From the human T2T-CHM13v2.0 reference genome, Homo sapiens, in NCBI RefSeq assembly GCF_009914755.1, contig NC_060941.1: a DNA stretch of 64,000 nt. The stretch is one strand, 5' to 3'. The notes beneath the pieces are model-generated. The model saw only the letters and a list, made by a program, of their open reading frames with translations, was not told the origin of the DNA and made no database searches. Positions 12,390 to 24,150 of the stretch are shown one piece after another (positions within the stretch are counted from its first letter, which is position 1; every line of letters begins with the position of its first letter). The position numbers and the translations under genes are program-made.

Positions 12390-12605
12390 TGGCACACACT
12401 TACTCCCACACACATACACACTCACATGTGCAGAACTAGTCTCACAATTCCTGGGGCAGGCGTCCATGCCACTTCACAGCAAGCTAGACATCACACGCCC
12501 TGAAGCACATTCACAAGCAGACACATACAAACATGTTTGCACCCAAAAGTGTACACTTGGAGAAATGCACATTCACTTGGAGGTGTGTACACACATACAC
12601 GCATG
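12390..12605. repeat. Degenerate (CA)-rich low-complexity tract
   Basis: Many interrupted cacaca/catac/cacatg units. Confidence 0.6.
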
Positions 12606-12619
12606 GAGAATATTTTGCT

Positions 12620-12970
12620 CCTAATCAGCTTCTTTAAGCTGTCAGACGGAGGCTGCCAATATCCCTGCATTTCTGCAAGAAACCCTTCCCTGGCCTCCTG
12701 GCTCCAGTCTCATGCACTCCATTCCAACCTCCACATGGGAGTCACATTCATGCTCCTGAAACATGATCCTGATCTTGCTCTTCTCTGGCATGGAACTCTT
12801 GCTTTCCTATATGGAAAGAGGACATTCAAGGGCACCTACTGGCTCCAGCGTCGGAACCCAGCCTGGCATGCAGAGCCCTGTGAAATCTGGCCCCTCCACC
12901 TTCCTGTATATCCCCACTATTCCCCACCACTCACCTCTCACCATGCCTCTGGTGCTCTTCCTCTAGCTCC
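12620..12970 (+). mobile_element. L2 LINE fragment
   Basis: ctggcctcctggctccagtctc...ccattccaacctccac ... gcctggcatgcagagccctgtgaaatctggccc. Confidence 0.6.
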
Positions 12971-14124
12971 CTATGGCCAAATCCACTGCAGGATTATGAA
13001 GACCACTGCTTCAGGGATACACTCAGACATGCCCTAGAGAGAGGTGATCTCTCATGGCTCTGAACAAGTCCATGGCCTCGTCTGTCCTCTTTTGGGTCCT
13101 GTGGCTATGTCCAGCCTGTCTGAGAAAGTGGTGACCATGCCTCACCTTACCTGCTGCACTACAGGCTTCCCGTAGCTCATTTCCTGTCTGTCTGAGATTC
13201 TGGCACATGGTACAACCTCAGAAAAGGTTTGTAGGCAGCTAGGTTGGACCATTGTCCTTTCTCAGTCACCTCCCCTGTCGCCTTCTCTCTTTTCTCCTGT
13301 TTATGGTGGGTCTGGAGCTCACTGCTAGAGAAAGTTCCCTGGAAGTGAAGCTCCCAAACTTCCCACACCATGCCAAGAGAATTCAGGAAGGTCTGTCAGT
13401 CACCCACTGCATGCAAGCAGTCCTCAGGCTAGGGGAGTCTCTAGGGGCCATTGAGTCCATCCGTTTCGTATGCAAGCATATAGTCGGTCACTAAATCTCA
13501 GAGATAAATACAGATTCTCCTGCCCTACTCCCAAACATCTGTAGGCCGCTCTGGAAAGCTTTCTTATTAGAACATTCTTTCTCATGCCTGACTTCAGAAG
13601 GTAAAAAATTGTAGCATAGGGAGTGGCTTTATGGTCAGGCTCTCCTCCCATTCCACGCCTGCTCCACGAATATCTTCAGGGAAGGTTAGCTCACTCCCTA
13701 CAATACTGAGCACCTCCCAGCAAAGCTCTCTTAGCCCCCTTGTGAGGCACTGGATGACCCATTCAACCCTCTTAGGCCACAGCAATCTCCAGCACCCTCC
13801 AGGACAGAACTCTAAATATTTTGGCAAGAGACAGTCCTGTATGTTCACACAACCATTCCCCATAGGATGTGGATTCCATTCACTCCCCCTTTTCTGAGCA
13901 CCTTCCCATTGGCTGCACCTTCCTGAAATGCAGAATTTAGAATCAGCCTTGCCCCTGGAGACCCAGCTCCCTTCCTATGCCTTCACTAAGCCCTACCTGA
14001 AGGTCTCAACCCGCTCTGCCTGACCCCAGATCTTACCTCACCTATCCCTCTTGTTCCAGTCTAGCGCTTTGCTCCATTTCTAATTAGTTCCCATGAGATC
14101 CCAGCAGGGAGGTATTTCTTCCCC

Positions 14125-14320
14125 TCAGGGAAAGAGCACTGGGTTTGGACTAAGGCAGACCCGACTCCAACCATGAGCCTAGTTGCTGACCCCGTGCGAC
14201 CTGAGATGAGGTACTTTACCCCTCTGAGTTCATCTTCTCTTCTGCAACTGGAACAATAGCCTCTTCATTGCTGAGTGTTGTGGTATTGAATAAAGCCCCC
14301 AGACAATGCCTGGCCCAGAT
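14125..14320 (+). mobile_element. MIR SINE
   Basis: ggaaagagcactgggtttgga ... gtgcgacctg...tactttacccctctgag. Confidence 0.6.
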
Positions 14321-15104
14321 ATACATTTGACATCACCCCCTTGTCCCTTCCAGGAGTGCTGGCTTCCACTGGGGATCCCGGTGATGCCAGCTTCCCTCCA
14401 ACCCTAATGGAATGAATTTAGCAAGCATCTGCACAACCCTCTATCAAGGGCTCTGCTAAAAGCAAGATTCATAATGTCTAATATGTTCCCTTCATCTGCT
14501 AAGTTAATAATTCTGCTAAAACATGAGCTCATTTGGTCCACAATTTGCTTCCCAGAGGCCTAACGCCTCCTATTGCTCATGACTTCATTAGCTCTCCGAT
14601 GCACACATTCTCTACCCGCCCTTGTTTTTAAGAAAGCAAAGCTGGATATGAGCAACTGTAATGGTCCCAAGCTCCCTTCCTTTCCCTCTCCACTTTGTGC
14701 CTCTCCTTTGGAAGGTGAGGGTAGGCATGTTCTCTCCTGCCTTCTGGTTTTTCCTTGCCTCTCCACACTGGCTGTGGAGACGGGTTTGTGCCCTTTGGGC
14801 CACAGCCTCAACATCCGGGAGGACCAATAGGTTCAAATTGTAAGGATACAGAGTTCAGGTGAGTGTGAAGACAGGCTTTCCCCGCAAATTGCGCTTTCCT
14901 CAACCAAGCAACATCAAGCATAGTTGTGAGTTCCTTGGGACTGAGATACCACATTAAAGGTGTCAGGAATCCTTCAGGGCAATGCTTTATTTTTAAATTT
15001 TTTTATTTTTAAGAGATATGACTATTAGGCCTCTTCACTTCCCCCAGCTACCTCTGGACCACACTTCCATCACTTTCTCAGCTCTAGCCTCACTAGCCTT
15101 GGGC

Positions 15105-15290
15105 AACAGAATTTTTAACCTGGTGTCTGCGAATCCCTAGGGGATTGATGAATGGGCTTCAAGGAGTCACTTATCCTCATGAAATTGAATACAACATATT
15201 CTGTGTGTGTTCATATATTCAATCTCGAAGCCTTTATCAAAGTCTCAAAGGGGTCTCTGGTCCAAGAAAGATTAAAAGCCAATGCTATAA
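15105..15290. mobile_element. hAT-Charlie MITE (Charlie4z-like)
   Basis: tttttaacctgg ... atgggcttcaagg ... tcaaaggggtc...aaagattaaaagccaatg; the subfamily is uncertain. Confidence 0.55.
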
Positions 15291-15292
15291 AA

Positions 15293-15487
15293 CAGTGGTA
15301 GGTAAAAGGCAAGATCAGAAATGGTTTTGAGGGCCATAGGATCCCAACTACTCAACTCTGTTGCTGTAGTGCAAAAGCAGCTGTAAACAATAGACACATG
15401 GATGTGGCTGTGTTCCAATAAAACTTTCTTCCTATAAGCAGGCATCTGGTCAGATTTGGCCCACAAGCCATAATTTGTTGACCCCTG
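15293..15487. mobile_element. MER58A hAT-Charlie MITE
   Basis: caactactcaactctgttgctgtagtgcaaaagcagc ... gtggctgtgttccaataaaacttt ... gatttggcccac...tttgttgacccctg. Confidence 0.88.
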
Positions 15488-15549
15488 CTAGAGGTAAAAA
15501 TTATTGTTTTGAGAGGGAGTTTACACTAGGTAACCCTTTAGATTCCTCC

Positions 15550-16060
15550 CAACTCATTCATTTATTCACTCATTTTATTACATATACTGAACCCTTGCTG
15601 TATGCTAAGCCTTATAATAAGCACAACAGAAAAATAAAAAGGAATAAGAAACAATCACTGCCCTCAAGAATTCCACAGCTTAACTGGAGAGACATGCATG
15701 GAAACAATTGTCAGTCGGTGTGATAAGAACTGTAATAGAAGCTTGTACAAGAGAGTAGTGGCTTAAAGGAGACCAAAGATGCTTGATCCACAGATACAAG
15801 GATGAGGAGAATTTTCCAAGTAGGTGACTGGGAGAGCACTCCAGGTAGAGGAAGCAGTAAATTCAAAGGCACTGAGACATGAACCACGTTTGGGTAAGTG
15901 TAAGGTAGGCAGCCTAGAACTAGAGTGTGGAGTGCAGGTAGGTGTCAAAGGGGAGGGGAAGCTAGAGGAAAAGACAGAGTGATATCATAAAGGTCTTTTA
16001 ATCCAAGCTCAGAAATTTAGATTTTATTCTGATGGCAAAAAGAAGCCACAAAAGGATCCA
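15550..16060 (-). mobile_element. L2 LINE 3' portion
   Basis: ctcattcatttattcactca tail, ctgccctcaagaattccacag, tgataagaactgtaatagaag, ttagattttattctga. Confidence 0.75.
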
Positions 16061-16239
16061 ACCATTGACAGTTACAGTTCTTTAGTGAAGTTGTAGCTCC
16101 TAAGTGAGCATATATGTGTAATTTGTCCTCTTCTCTTCTTCTGACACTGGTAAATTTGGTATTCACTCAAGTATTACTACTATAAGTCCTTTGATTTCCC
16201 TAATTCAAGCCAAATTGCACAAAGCCAAAATTTGGTGAT

Positions 16240-16601
16240 GGTATTAGTCTTCTCATGCTGCTATGAAGAAATACCTGAGACTGGATAATTCATAAAGAAG
16301 AGAGTTTTAATTGACTCACGGTTCTGCATGGCTGCAGAGGCCTCAGGAAACTTACAATCATGGCAGAAGGCATCTCTTCACAGGTCAGCAGGAGACAGAA
16401 TGGGTGCCAGAAGGGGAAATGCCAGATGCTTTTAAGGCCATCAGATCTCGTGAGAACTCACTCACTATCACGAGAACAGCATGGGAGAAACCTCCCCCAT
16501 AATTCAATTACCTCCCACCGGATCCCTCCCGTGATATGTGGGGATTATAGGGATTACAATTCAAGATGAGATTTGGGTGAGGACACAGCCAAACCATATC
16601 A
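16240..16601 (-). mobile_element. THE1 (THE1C/D-like) MaLR solo LTR
   Basis: gtattagtc...atgctgctatgaagaaatacctgagactgg ... gaggcctcaggaaacttacaatcatggcagaagg ... ggacacagccaaaccatatca. Imperfect 5-bp flanks GTGAT/GTGAG. Confidence 0.93.
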
Positions 16602-16664
16602 GTGAGGGAGGAATTTTCCTCCACATGATTGGAAAGGAAACCTATCTTGCTGAAATGAAAGCCT

Positions 16665-16750
16665 AGTCTTCCTTCCTTCCCTCCCTCCTCCCCACCCACC
16701 CTCCCTTTCTTCCTTCCTCTCTCTCTGTCTTTCTCCCTCTCTGTCTTTCA
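16665..16750. repeat. C/T-rich low-complexity tract containing a minus-strand G-quadruplex motif
   Basis: ccttccttccctccctcctccccacccaccctccc... Confidence 0.7.
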
Positions 16751-17489
16751 TTTTGGCCTTTTATCAGTTGGATTGGGGAGCTCAGAACAAGGCTAGCACA
16801 ATGTCACCAGGAAAATGTCCATAAAAATGTAATCAGAAAGAAGCAGTCCCATTAATAAGAGCACATAGCTTACTGGGACAACATTAAGTGCTTTTAAGAC
16901 TTTGATGTGAGTCTTTGCTTCTCTCTCGGGAGTATCTTCATTTACAAAGGCTCCTAATCTTGGAGAGGTGTGGACAGAGGTAGAGGCAGGAACTAGAAGC
17001 CATGTAATTGTACTGGTCTGTGACTACTTATGGGCAATCTAAATCTTTGAGACAATAGGAAAAAATATAGCAACCACTAAGTGTAGCTACAAGCCATACT
17101 GTCTCCTCTTTCCTCAGCTGGTCCATTTCCAACAGGAATCTAGGATATCAGATCCTCATGCTATTTCATACTTTAATGTATTTCTTATCTAATTGTTGGC
17201 TCCATCAGGGTAGGGGCTGTATCCATCTTATATTTCCAGTGGTCATAATAATCTTGCACATAGTTGGTACTCAATTCATGTGCAGCTTGCCTTACCCCAT
17301 TAACTTCTAGGGCCAGTTTATGACTTTAAGATCTTAATAAAGCACAACCCATAGGCTCGGAACCCTAGCATGTGGGTGGGTGAAGATCTGGAATATCAGC
17401 TGCACACCCCCCCTTCCAGCTCTCCATGGCTAATTCTTCAATTACTCATTAATGCTATTTATCAAGCATTTCCATTTCTGTCTTCTAGG

Positions 17490-17925
17490 CATATGGTAGG
17501 ATTGCTTTTCCTCATCTTCTTTTTATTGGAGGTATCATGTGACTAGTTCTGGCAAAATGATTGTAAGCAACAGTAATCATGTGACTAGTTATAGCCAATA
17601 GATTGTGAGCAAAAGTAACTCTGTGACTAGTTCTGGCCCATGAATTGTAAATAAAAGTATCCATGTGACTAGTTCTGGCCAATGGAGTACGAATGAAAAT
17701 ATTACTTCTGGGCTAATGGCTAGAGTGAAACCCTCTTCTCTCTAACACAGTGACTGGCAATGTTCAATGCTCAATCAACTTACATGCTTCAGTGACTAAA
17801 ATGAGCAGTTTCCCTGCCAACCCACGTAGACATGTAGCATGAATGAGAAATAAACCTTTGCTGTTTTCAGCTACTGAGATCTGGGACTTGTTTGTCACCA
17901 TAGCACAACACAGCCTTAATCTATC
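17490..17925 (+). mobile_element. MLT1 (MLT1J-like) MaLR LTR
   Basis: catgtgactagttctggccaatg motif and 3' part gacatgtagcatgaatgagaaataaacctttgctgttt...ctgagat...ttgtttgtcaccatagca. Confidence 0.8.
17536..17700 (+). repeat. Tandem repeat, 4 x 42 bp, inside the MLT1 LTR
   Basis: GTGACTAGTT starts at 17539, 17581, 17623 and 17665 (exact period 42). Confidence 0.93.
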
Positions 17926-19574
17926 TTGTCATCTCCTTCTAATTCCTCTTTTTTCTTCCACTTGGTCCAGCATTCCAAGATCTCTTCTTTCCTTAGTTTT
18001 TTATCTCACAAACTTGATCTTCTCTTCTCCATTCAATTATCCATTTCTTTAACAAACATTCCCTGAGCATCAGCTCCAAGGAGACAGAATATGAAGAACT
18101 AGAGAGATGAACCAGACATGCCCTCAGGAACTCACAGTCTAGTGGACCCTGCCCTGGCCTGGGCAGGTCTCCCCACTCCTAGTAAGTCCTGTGTCTGTTA
18201 ATCCAATGCTCTAATCACTGGCCATCTGGCTCGTCCTTGAAGAGGAAGGTCAGGAAGCACTTACTACCCCGACCATGGTCCTCCATCACTACCAGGACCT
18301 CCCTTGGAAGAACTTCCTTGACTGTGTGGCTGGATGGCCCAGGGGCCTGGATCCATGCACAGAGCACTCTGGAATCCCACTGTGATGCCCTGTGGCAGAG
18401 CATGGAGCTGCCTGTAAAGTCTTTGATTCTTTTATTGGTAAAGAAACCAAAATACAGAGGGACAGCAATGATGTACCCAGGTCACCCAGTCTCAGGATCA
18501 CAGGGTCTGGGACTAGAATTTAAGACTCTTGTGCCCTTGAAAGAAAGAATTCTGGTCTTGAGCCTCAGTCTACTCTCATAACAGTGAAAGGGTTTCCAGG
18601 AAGCTGTAAGAAACCATTAGACCCATGAACTTAAGAGGAAAGCCACAGGGATGTACGGGTGGAGGAGTAGGAATTGGGGAAAAGAAGATCGTCTCACTCA
18701 TGGGAGGGGCCAGAAGAGGGGCTAGTGTGATGTCACTAATGAGAGTAAAATGAGGAAGGAGCTTGGCCTACCTAAGCCATTCTCCTGTCTCCAAGCAGGT
18801 GAGTCTACACCCCTCTGGGCTACCACCCCTCACCTCATGCTGTCTCCTGAAAAGGACTCTTCCCCTGGACTGAAACAGGCTTGGCACATCACCTACAGGT
18901 ATCTGGGCAACCAGGTAAGTCATCTCCCTTCAAATACCTCCAATCCCTGAGATGAGTGCATTTAGATTCGAGGAGGGAGGACAGGAGTGGGGCATGAGGG
19001 CCAGATTTGTGTATTTCAGCTCCTCATACTCAGTGTCTTCCTTGTGGTGGCCGTAGTCTTGGCCTAGGCACCCTGTCAACCTGCTCCCCTGGCCCCTGGC
19101 TGCCTCTTATTACTATCATTCAAACAGGGGTAAAGTTATGTAGCAAGGTGACCCTGTCCCTCCATTCTGAGGTGGATGGGGAGGCTGGAGACTAAGTAAT
19201 TAACACACAGTTGGGAGTAAAGGTGCCCAGGGAAATTTCCTGCAGAAGCCAAGCCTGGCAGACGGGAAAGCTCAGCAGGAGCAAGGCAGTGAGGCGGGGC
19301 ATGGGGCTGGGAAAGCCATGGGCAGCCTCTTTGCACTTTGCCTACTTTTGCTCTGGTAAGAAGCTGTCATGGTGAGGGCAGTGGGGGCCAGGGAGAGGGA
19401 AAGTGCAGGGTGCTGGACAGAGAGAGGAGCGGGACCCAGGCCTGGAGAGAAAGGTCATTCTCCTCTGGGTTCTTTCCTGAAGAGGGACAGCCACTACAGT
19501 CCTTGGACTCCCAGCCAGGCCATGGGCCTCCTGGCTGGAGGAGTAGGCTTTGAGGAGCTCAGGAGGCTTCTAAA

Positions 19575-19775
19575 CACAGCACACACACAACATGCACATG
19601 CAACATAGCAACAACAGACATGAATCACATAGATTGGCAAACAGCAACACACAGTACCATGGCAGGCACACATGCTCAGCCACACGCGCCACACACAAGC
19701 AGCAAGAAGTTCACAAGCATGGTCACACATGCAGGGGCACACAATAGCACATGCACACACACATACAGCAACTGC
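19575..19775. repeat. Degenerate (CA)-rich low-complexity tract
   Basis: cacacacaacatgcacatgc...cacatgcacacacacatacagc. Confidence 0.7.
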
Positions 19776-20419
19776 ACCCAAGATTTCTTCCACATTTTTC
19801 CAAGGAACTGGAGTCTGGAAGCCAACTTCTCAGAGAGAGGCCCCTCACTTCCCTGCCTCCCTTCTGCGTGACTTTACTCCTAGAATCCAGGAGGGGCAGC
19901 TGTGAGCCTCACTCCAAAGAGACTGACCAAGCATGGGACCAGGTGTCCAGAGACACAGGTCCGTGCCTGGCTCTGCAGCCCTCTGTCTGGGAGACCTTGG
20001 GCAACTCATAATGACTCTGGCCACTTTCCTCATCTGTCCAAAGAGTAAGAGTAAGAATAGTGCCTATTCATGTGATCTCTATTAGGTCTGTAAAAGCACT
20101 TTGTAAGTCACAGGCTACCTAGAGATATGACTCCCCAGACTAGGGTGCAGAGCCCCACTCTCAGGCACACACAGCCCTCCAAGAACTCCCTGCTAGGCTC
20201 CTAATAACATTCCAGCCAGCCAGGTCTGATCCCAGTTACCCTCAATACAAAAACCCATACCCACAAAGACCTTCTCATTCTAATTTTTGCTTTGTGTCTA
20301 ATACTTGCTCATGTATTCATTCATTCCGCAGTTACAGGATGCTAGATACAAGGTGCTATGTATGATACAAAAATGGGCATTGCCTGACTTTTGCTCTCAG
20401 GCAACTCATGGTCTAGCTC

Positions 20420-20605
20420 AGCATTCTCCATCCTGGTTAGCAGTCAGAATCCATGGCCTGGAAAGCTTTTAAAACAGCTGGGCCCTATCCCCTGGGATTC
20501 ATAGTCATTTGATCTGGAATGGGGCTCAGGCATCCATGTTCATTAAAATCCCCCCTCCCTATCCCATCCGGTGATTCTAATGCACAGTCGAGACTAATAC
20601 CCATC
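20420..20605. mobile_element. MER5A-like MITE
   Basis: ttctccatcctgg...agaatc...cctgg...ctttaaaa ... tctggaatggggctcaggcatc ... ggtgattctaatgcacag. Confidence 0.7.
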
Positions 20606-20671
20606 CAACTAGTGGAGAAATTAGACATACACCAAAAGACAGAATGGGACGTTTTACAATGGATGGACACA

Positions 20672-20845
20672 CAATAATAATAGCTAACATTTACTGAGTC
20701 ATTTTTTGCAGGTGCCTAGCACTGTGCCAACTCATACATTAGCATATTTAGTCTTCCCCAAAACCCAGTAAGGCAGGCCCCATTCTGCTCATTTTACAGA
20801 TGAATAAATGAGGCTCCAGAGATGAAGTAACATACTCAAGGCAAG
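20672..20845 (-). mobile_element. MIR SINE
   Basis: aataataatagctaacatttactgag ... cattttacagatgaataaatgaggctc. Confidence 0.85.
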
Positions 20846-21304
20846 ACTTTGTAAAGGTAACATTTATGCTGAAAAGAAGACAGAATTTTGCCCTAGAGAG
20901 ACAGAGAAATGGAAGAATGGGCGTGTTCTCCACCCTGGCTGTCATTAGAATCCATGACCTGGAATGTGTGGGGGTGCAGTCAGTGGCCCTGCTGAGCGGG
21001 GCACTGGAATTCTGAAGGGGACTAGAGGGAGCTTAGGTCACAGGGGCTGACAGGGGCCAAACGATGGGAAGATAACTTTTTATGGCAAATAAAACATAGA
21101 GCTACTTTACCCAACAGATAACAATTATGTACCTGTTGTGATTATCCCTGGAAGTAGCAGGGATGAAAATAGAATGTCAAGATAGAATCAGAGACAGTGG
21201 ACCCAGAAGGAGTTTGCTGAGGGGCCGGGGGGGATTATCCTTAACTTTTTGAGCACTGGCAAATAGAAATCAGCCACCATACATCCTTTATTCAGAAGCA
21301 ACAA

Positions 21305-21415
21305 AGTGTGAAAAAGAGAGCTTTGAACTGGGGGTCAAAGGCCAAATTCCATATTTTTTCCTCTCTTAACCTGGGCTTCATCATTTGTAAAATGAGGGCA
21401 GGGATTGTTGTGTCT
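21305..21415 (+). mobile_element. MIR SINE fragment
   Basis: gaaaaagagagctttgaactgg ... cttcatcatttgtaaaatgagg. Confidence 0.55.
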
Positions 21416-21417
21416 AA

Positions 21418-21612
21418 GTGGTTTTCACACTGAGTTCTGGCAGCCAGTGTCTCAGGGAGAAGCTGGTGAGGGTTGAGGGGTAGCAAGCGGGGGTCTCTAG
21501 GCCTCATCCTCTCCAGCTGGGTAGCTCTGCTTTCCTTGGCTTTACACGTTGGCTGTCACAGAAAGTTTCCTTTGACCTGGAGGTTCTGCAGCTAAAACAG
21601 TTTGAAAATGCA
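21418..21612. mobile_element. MER102-like hAT-Charlie MITE
   Basis: Termini agtggttttcacactg / cagtttgaaaatgc; internal ctctgcttt ... tttcctttgac...ggttctgcagctaaaa. Confidence 0.65.
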
Positions 21613-21989
21613 GCTTTGACTTCTAGTTAAAGATGGCTTTATCTCCTTTCTCCCTAGAAGCCCCTAAAATGATAGCAAACTCTGCAGGGGCTCAGGCCTT
21701 GAAGACACCAGGTGCAGGGAGGTGAGAATGACACCTGGAGCTGCAAATGAGGATGAAGTGGAAGTCTGAACAGAAATCAGTGGGAGCCTCGGGCCCTCCT
21801 AAATCATAGAACTCTTCACTGCCATTTATAGTGGGGGAGAAATTGTGATAAGCAGGGGTTGGAGGGGAGCTTAAAATGCCAGTATGCTCTTCAATGGCAG
21901 GTGCAGGCTCCCCAGCCAGCACTCTACCCTATCCTTTCCACAAGTTTCACTGCTAAACACAAAACTTCCAATGAGCTTTTCAGAACCAC

Positions 21990-22200
21990 TCATGTATTTG
22001 AGAAGAGATATTTTAGATGTGCGCTGGGGATGCTTCCAGGCATTTTCCATATAGTAACTTTTCTCATCCTCCCAACAAGTCTGTGAAGTAGGTTTCTATT
22101 TTGTTCCCATTTTACAGATGAGTACTTTGAAGAAGAAAGAAGCCAAGCCCAAGTACAGTTAGCCATAGAACTGAGCTCCATGCCTATGCACTCTGCCTCT
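21990..22200 (-). mobile_element. MIR SINE
   Basis: tcatcctcccaacaagtctgtgaagtagg...cccattttacagatgag. Confidence 0.8.
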
Positions 22201-22207
22201 AGACTGA

Positions 22208-22340
22208 TGTAGGGCAAGTGAGCCCCCAAATTGGGACTTAGACCGGAAGAGTTCTTGGCTTCACCCAGGAAATAATTCAAGGGTGAGTCGATGGTTTAGA
22301 CAGCAGCTTTTATTGAAGTGGCAGTGTATGGCAGCAACAG
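22208..22340 (-). mobile_element. ERV1-class LTR end fragment
   Basis: tgtagggcaagtgagcccccaaattgggacttag...gttcttggcttcacccaggaaataattcaagggtgag...cttttattgaag (antisense polyA signal); subfamily not assigned. Confidence 0.7.
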
Positions 22341-22344
22341 TAGT

Positions 22345-22652
22345 TTCCATGCCTTCTCCATGAGAAGAACATCCCTGGGCTAGCTCACTGGTCCCACGAG
22401 GAAGGTGTGAGACGTTTGGAGCAGAGTTAAAGTCCGCCAGCCAACACTACCCTAAATCAGCCATCTCCTACTCTGCTCACAGATGTGTAGGTAAGCCCAG
22501 TCAACTCTAGCAATGCCAGTCAAACAAGTTCAGCATAAATTAGTGTCCCTCAGGCAACCACAGATCTGTGAGTATAAGTAACCATGTCTTAAGCCACTGA
22601 GTTTGGGGTTGGTTTGTTATATAGCATTATTGTAGCCATGGTTAACTTATGC
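22345..22652 (+). mobile_element. MLT1 (G/H-like) MaLR LTR 3' part
   Basis: ccatgagaagaacatccc ... ttaagccactgagtttggggttggtttgttatatagcattattgtagc. Confidence 0.75.
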
Positions 22653-22659
22653 GAGTAAC

Positions 22660-24150
22660 AATCCAGGAACTGGTCCCCAATTAATGGAGAAAATACAACA
22701 AAGGGAATTATCAAAGAAATAATTCAAGGCAGTTTCCTAGCACTAAAAAATATGAACCTTCAGATTAAAGGGCCTACCAAGTGGTCAAAACAAGGTAAAT
22801 CCTCTTCAAAACAGATTATTGTAAATTTTCAGAACATATAGACACAGATATGATTCTAAAAGCTTCTAGAAGGGAAAGTAACAGGTTTCATACAAAGGAC
22901 TATGAATCAGATGGTTGTAGGACTTGTTGAGTGCAACGCTGGATACTGGGCAACAGTGAAACCCTGCCTTCTAAATTCTTGGGGCAAACTATTCTCAATA
23001 TAGAACTCTATAGCTAAACACATGATTAAAACATAAGTTGAGACTTTAAATATGTTCTAGATGTGTAAGGATTCAGAGAATTTACTTTGCAGAGTACCAG
23101 AGGATATGTTTCAGCAAAAATTAGAAGTAAACCAAGAATATAGAATCCAGGGGATTCAACACGGGAGAGTAGCAGAGGAAATTCCCAGGACGTGAGCTTC
23201 GCAGCAGGCATAAAGAGTAACAGGCCAGGTTGAAAGAAGAAATCCAGAGCCCCAGGAGGGAAGACTCCAGGGAAAGAGGAGAGACTGATAGATGCTATGA
23301 TGTAAGACAAAACTTATGAAAATAATCTTAATAATAATGGTATGGCAGATATAATGCAACATTTGGAAACATTTAAGAAAACGATGCAACTGAAAATATG
23401 GAGCAATTATTACCTCTGGGTATATTTATCAGGATAGTTGATGCTAGATGTCGCAATAGATATAAATGTTTATTTCCCTTTGTATCACAATCTAATAAGG
23501 AGGCAGTCCTTCATTTTGTGTTTGTACAGCATGGAGCCCACAACATGTACAAGCTCCTTGCTAGGGAAGAGAAAGATGGAAGAGCCACACGGGCTCTTAG
23601 CTGCCTCAACTCAAAAAGATCATTCTAGTCACATGGCCCTAACCTAACTAGAAGGGAAGCTGAGGAATATAGGGGAACAGGTAGATATTCAATAGGCACT
23701 ACCCGTATTCGCCACACTGAAGGGGGAAATGTATGGGAAAGAAAATATAATCAGAGCCCATTGCTTAACTCTAGAGTGAGCCTCATTTATACATTTATAA
23801 TAATGTTCTTGGTTTGACTAAAAGTTGCAATAGGACTATATAAGGAGGAAGGGGACAGAAAGGTGAGTAACAAAGCAAAATCTGTGTTTACTATAGCAGG
23901 AAGTCAATAGAGGATGTCTAAAACTGACAAAGCAGAAATAGCAGAATATGCATATTATTTAGAAATATGAACACACAGAGCAAAAGAAGCAGCTGAAAGG
24001 GCTAAAAATGTGTTGTCCCAGGAGAGCAAGAGTAGCAGTAGGAAGGTTGGGGGGAAAGATAGTGCTTTTTTATTTTAAGTCTTTTGGCATTAAAAAATTT
24101 TTTTGTTTTTCACATATCTTATTTGGGCAATTTTTAAGGCAAACAAAAAA
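22660..24150 (+). mobile_element. HAL1 / old L1 ORF1-related fragment, interrupted by an MLT1
   Basis: A-rich. aaagaaataattcaag...tttccta...cttcagattaaagggcc, aaagcttctaga, gaatcagatgg...gacttg...gcaacgctgga, ttcaatatagaactctata. Confidence 0.65.
23420..23718 (-). mobile_element. MLT1-type LTR fragment
   Basis: tagtcacatggccctaacctaactagaagggaagctgaggaatatag, ending ...gccaca. Confidence 0.6.

Noticed and set aside
17536-17700. CRISPR-like array (conserved ~20-mer at regular spacing)
   Set aside because: The apparent spacers are homologous to each other, the array lies in a mammalian LTR, and there are no cas genes. It is a tandem repeat.
22660-23300. Intact L1 ORF1 or domesticated gene
   Set aside because: No long plus-strand ORF in the track; the element is heavily decayed.
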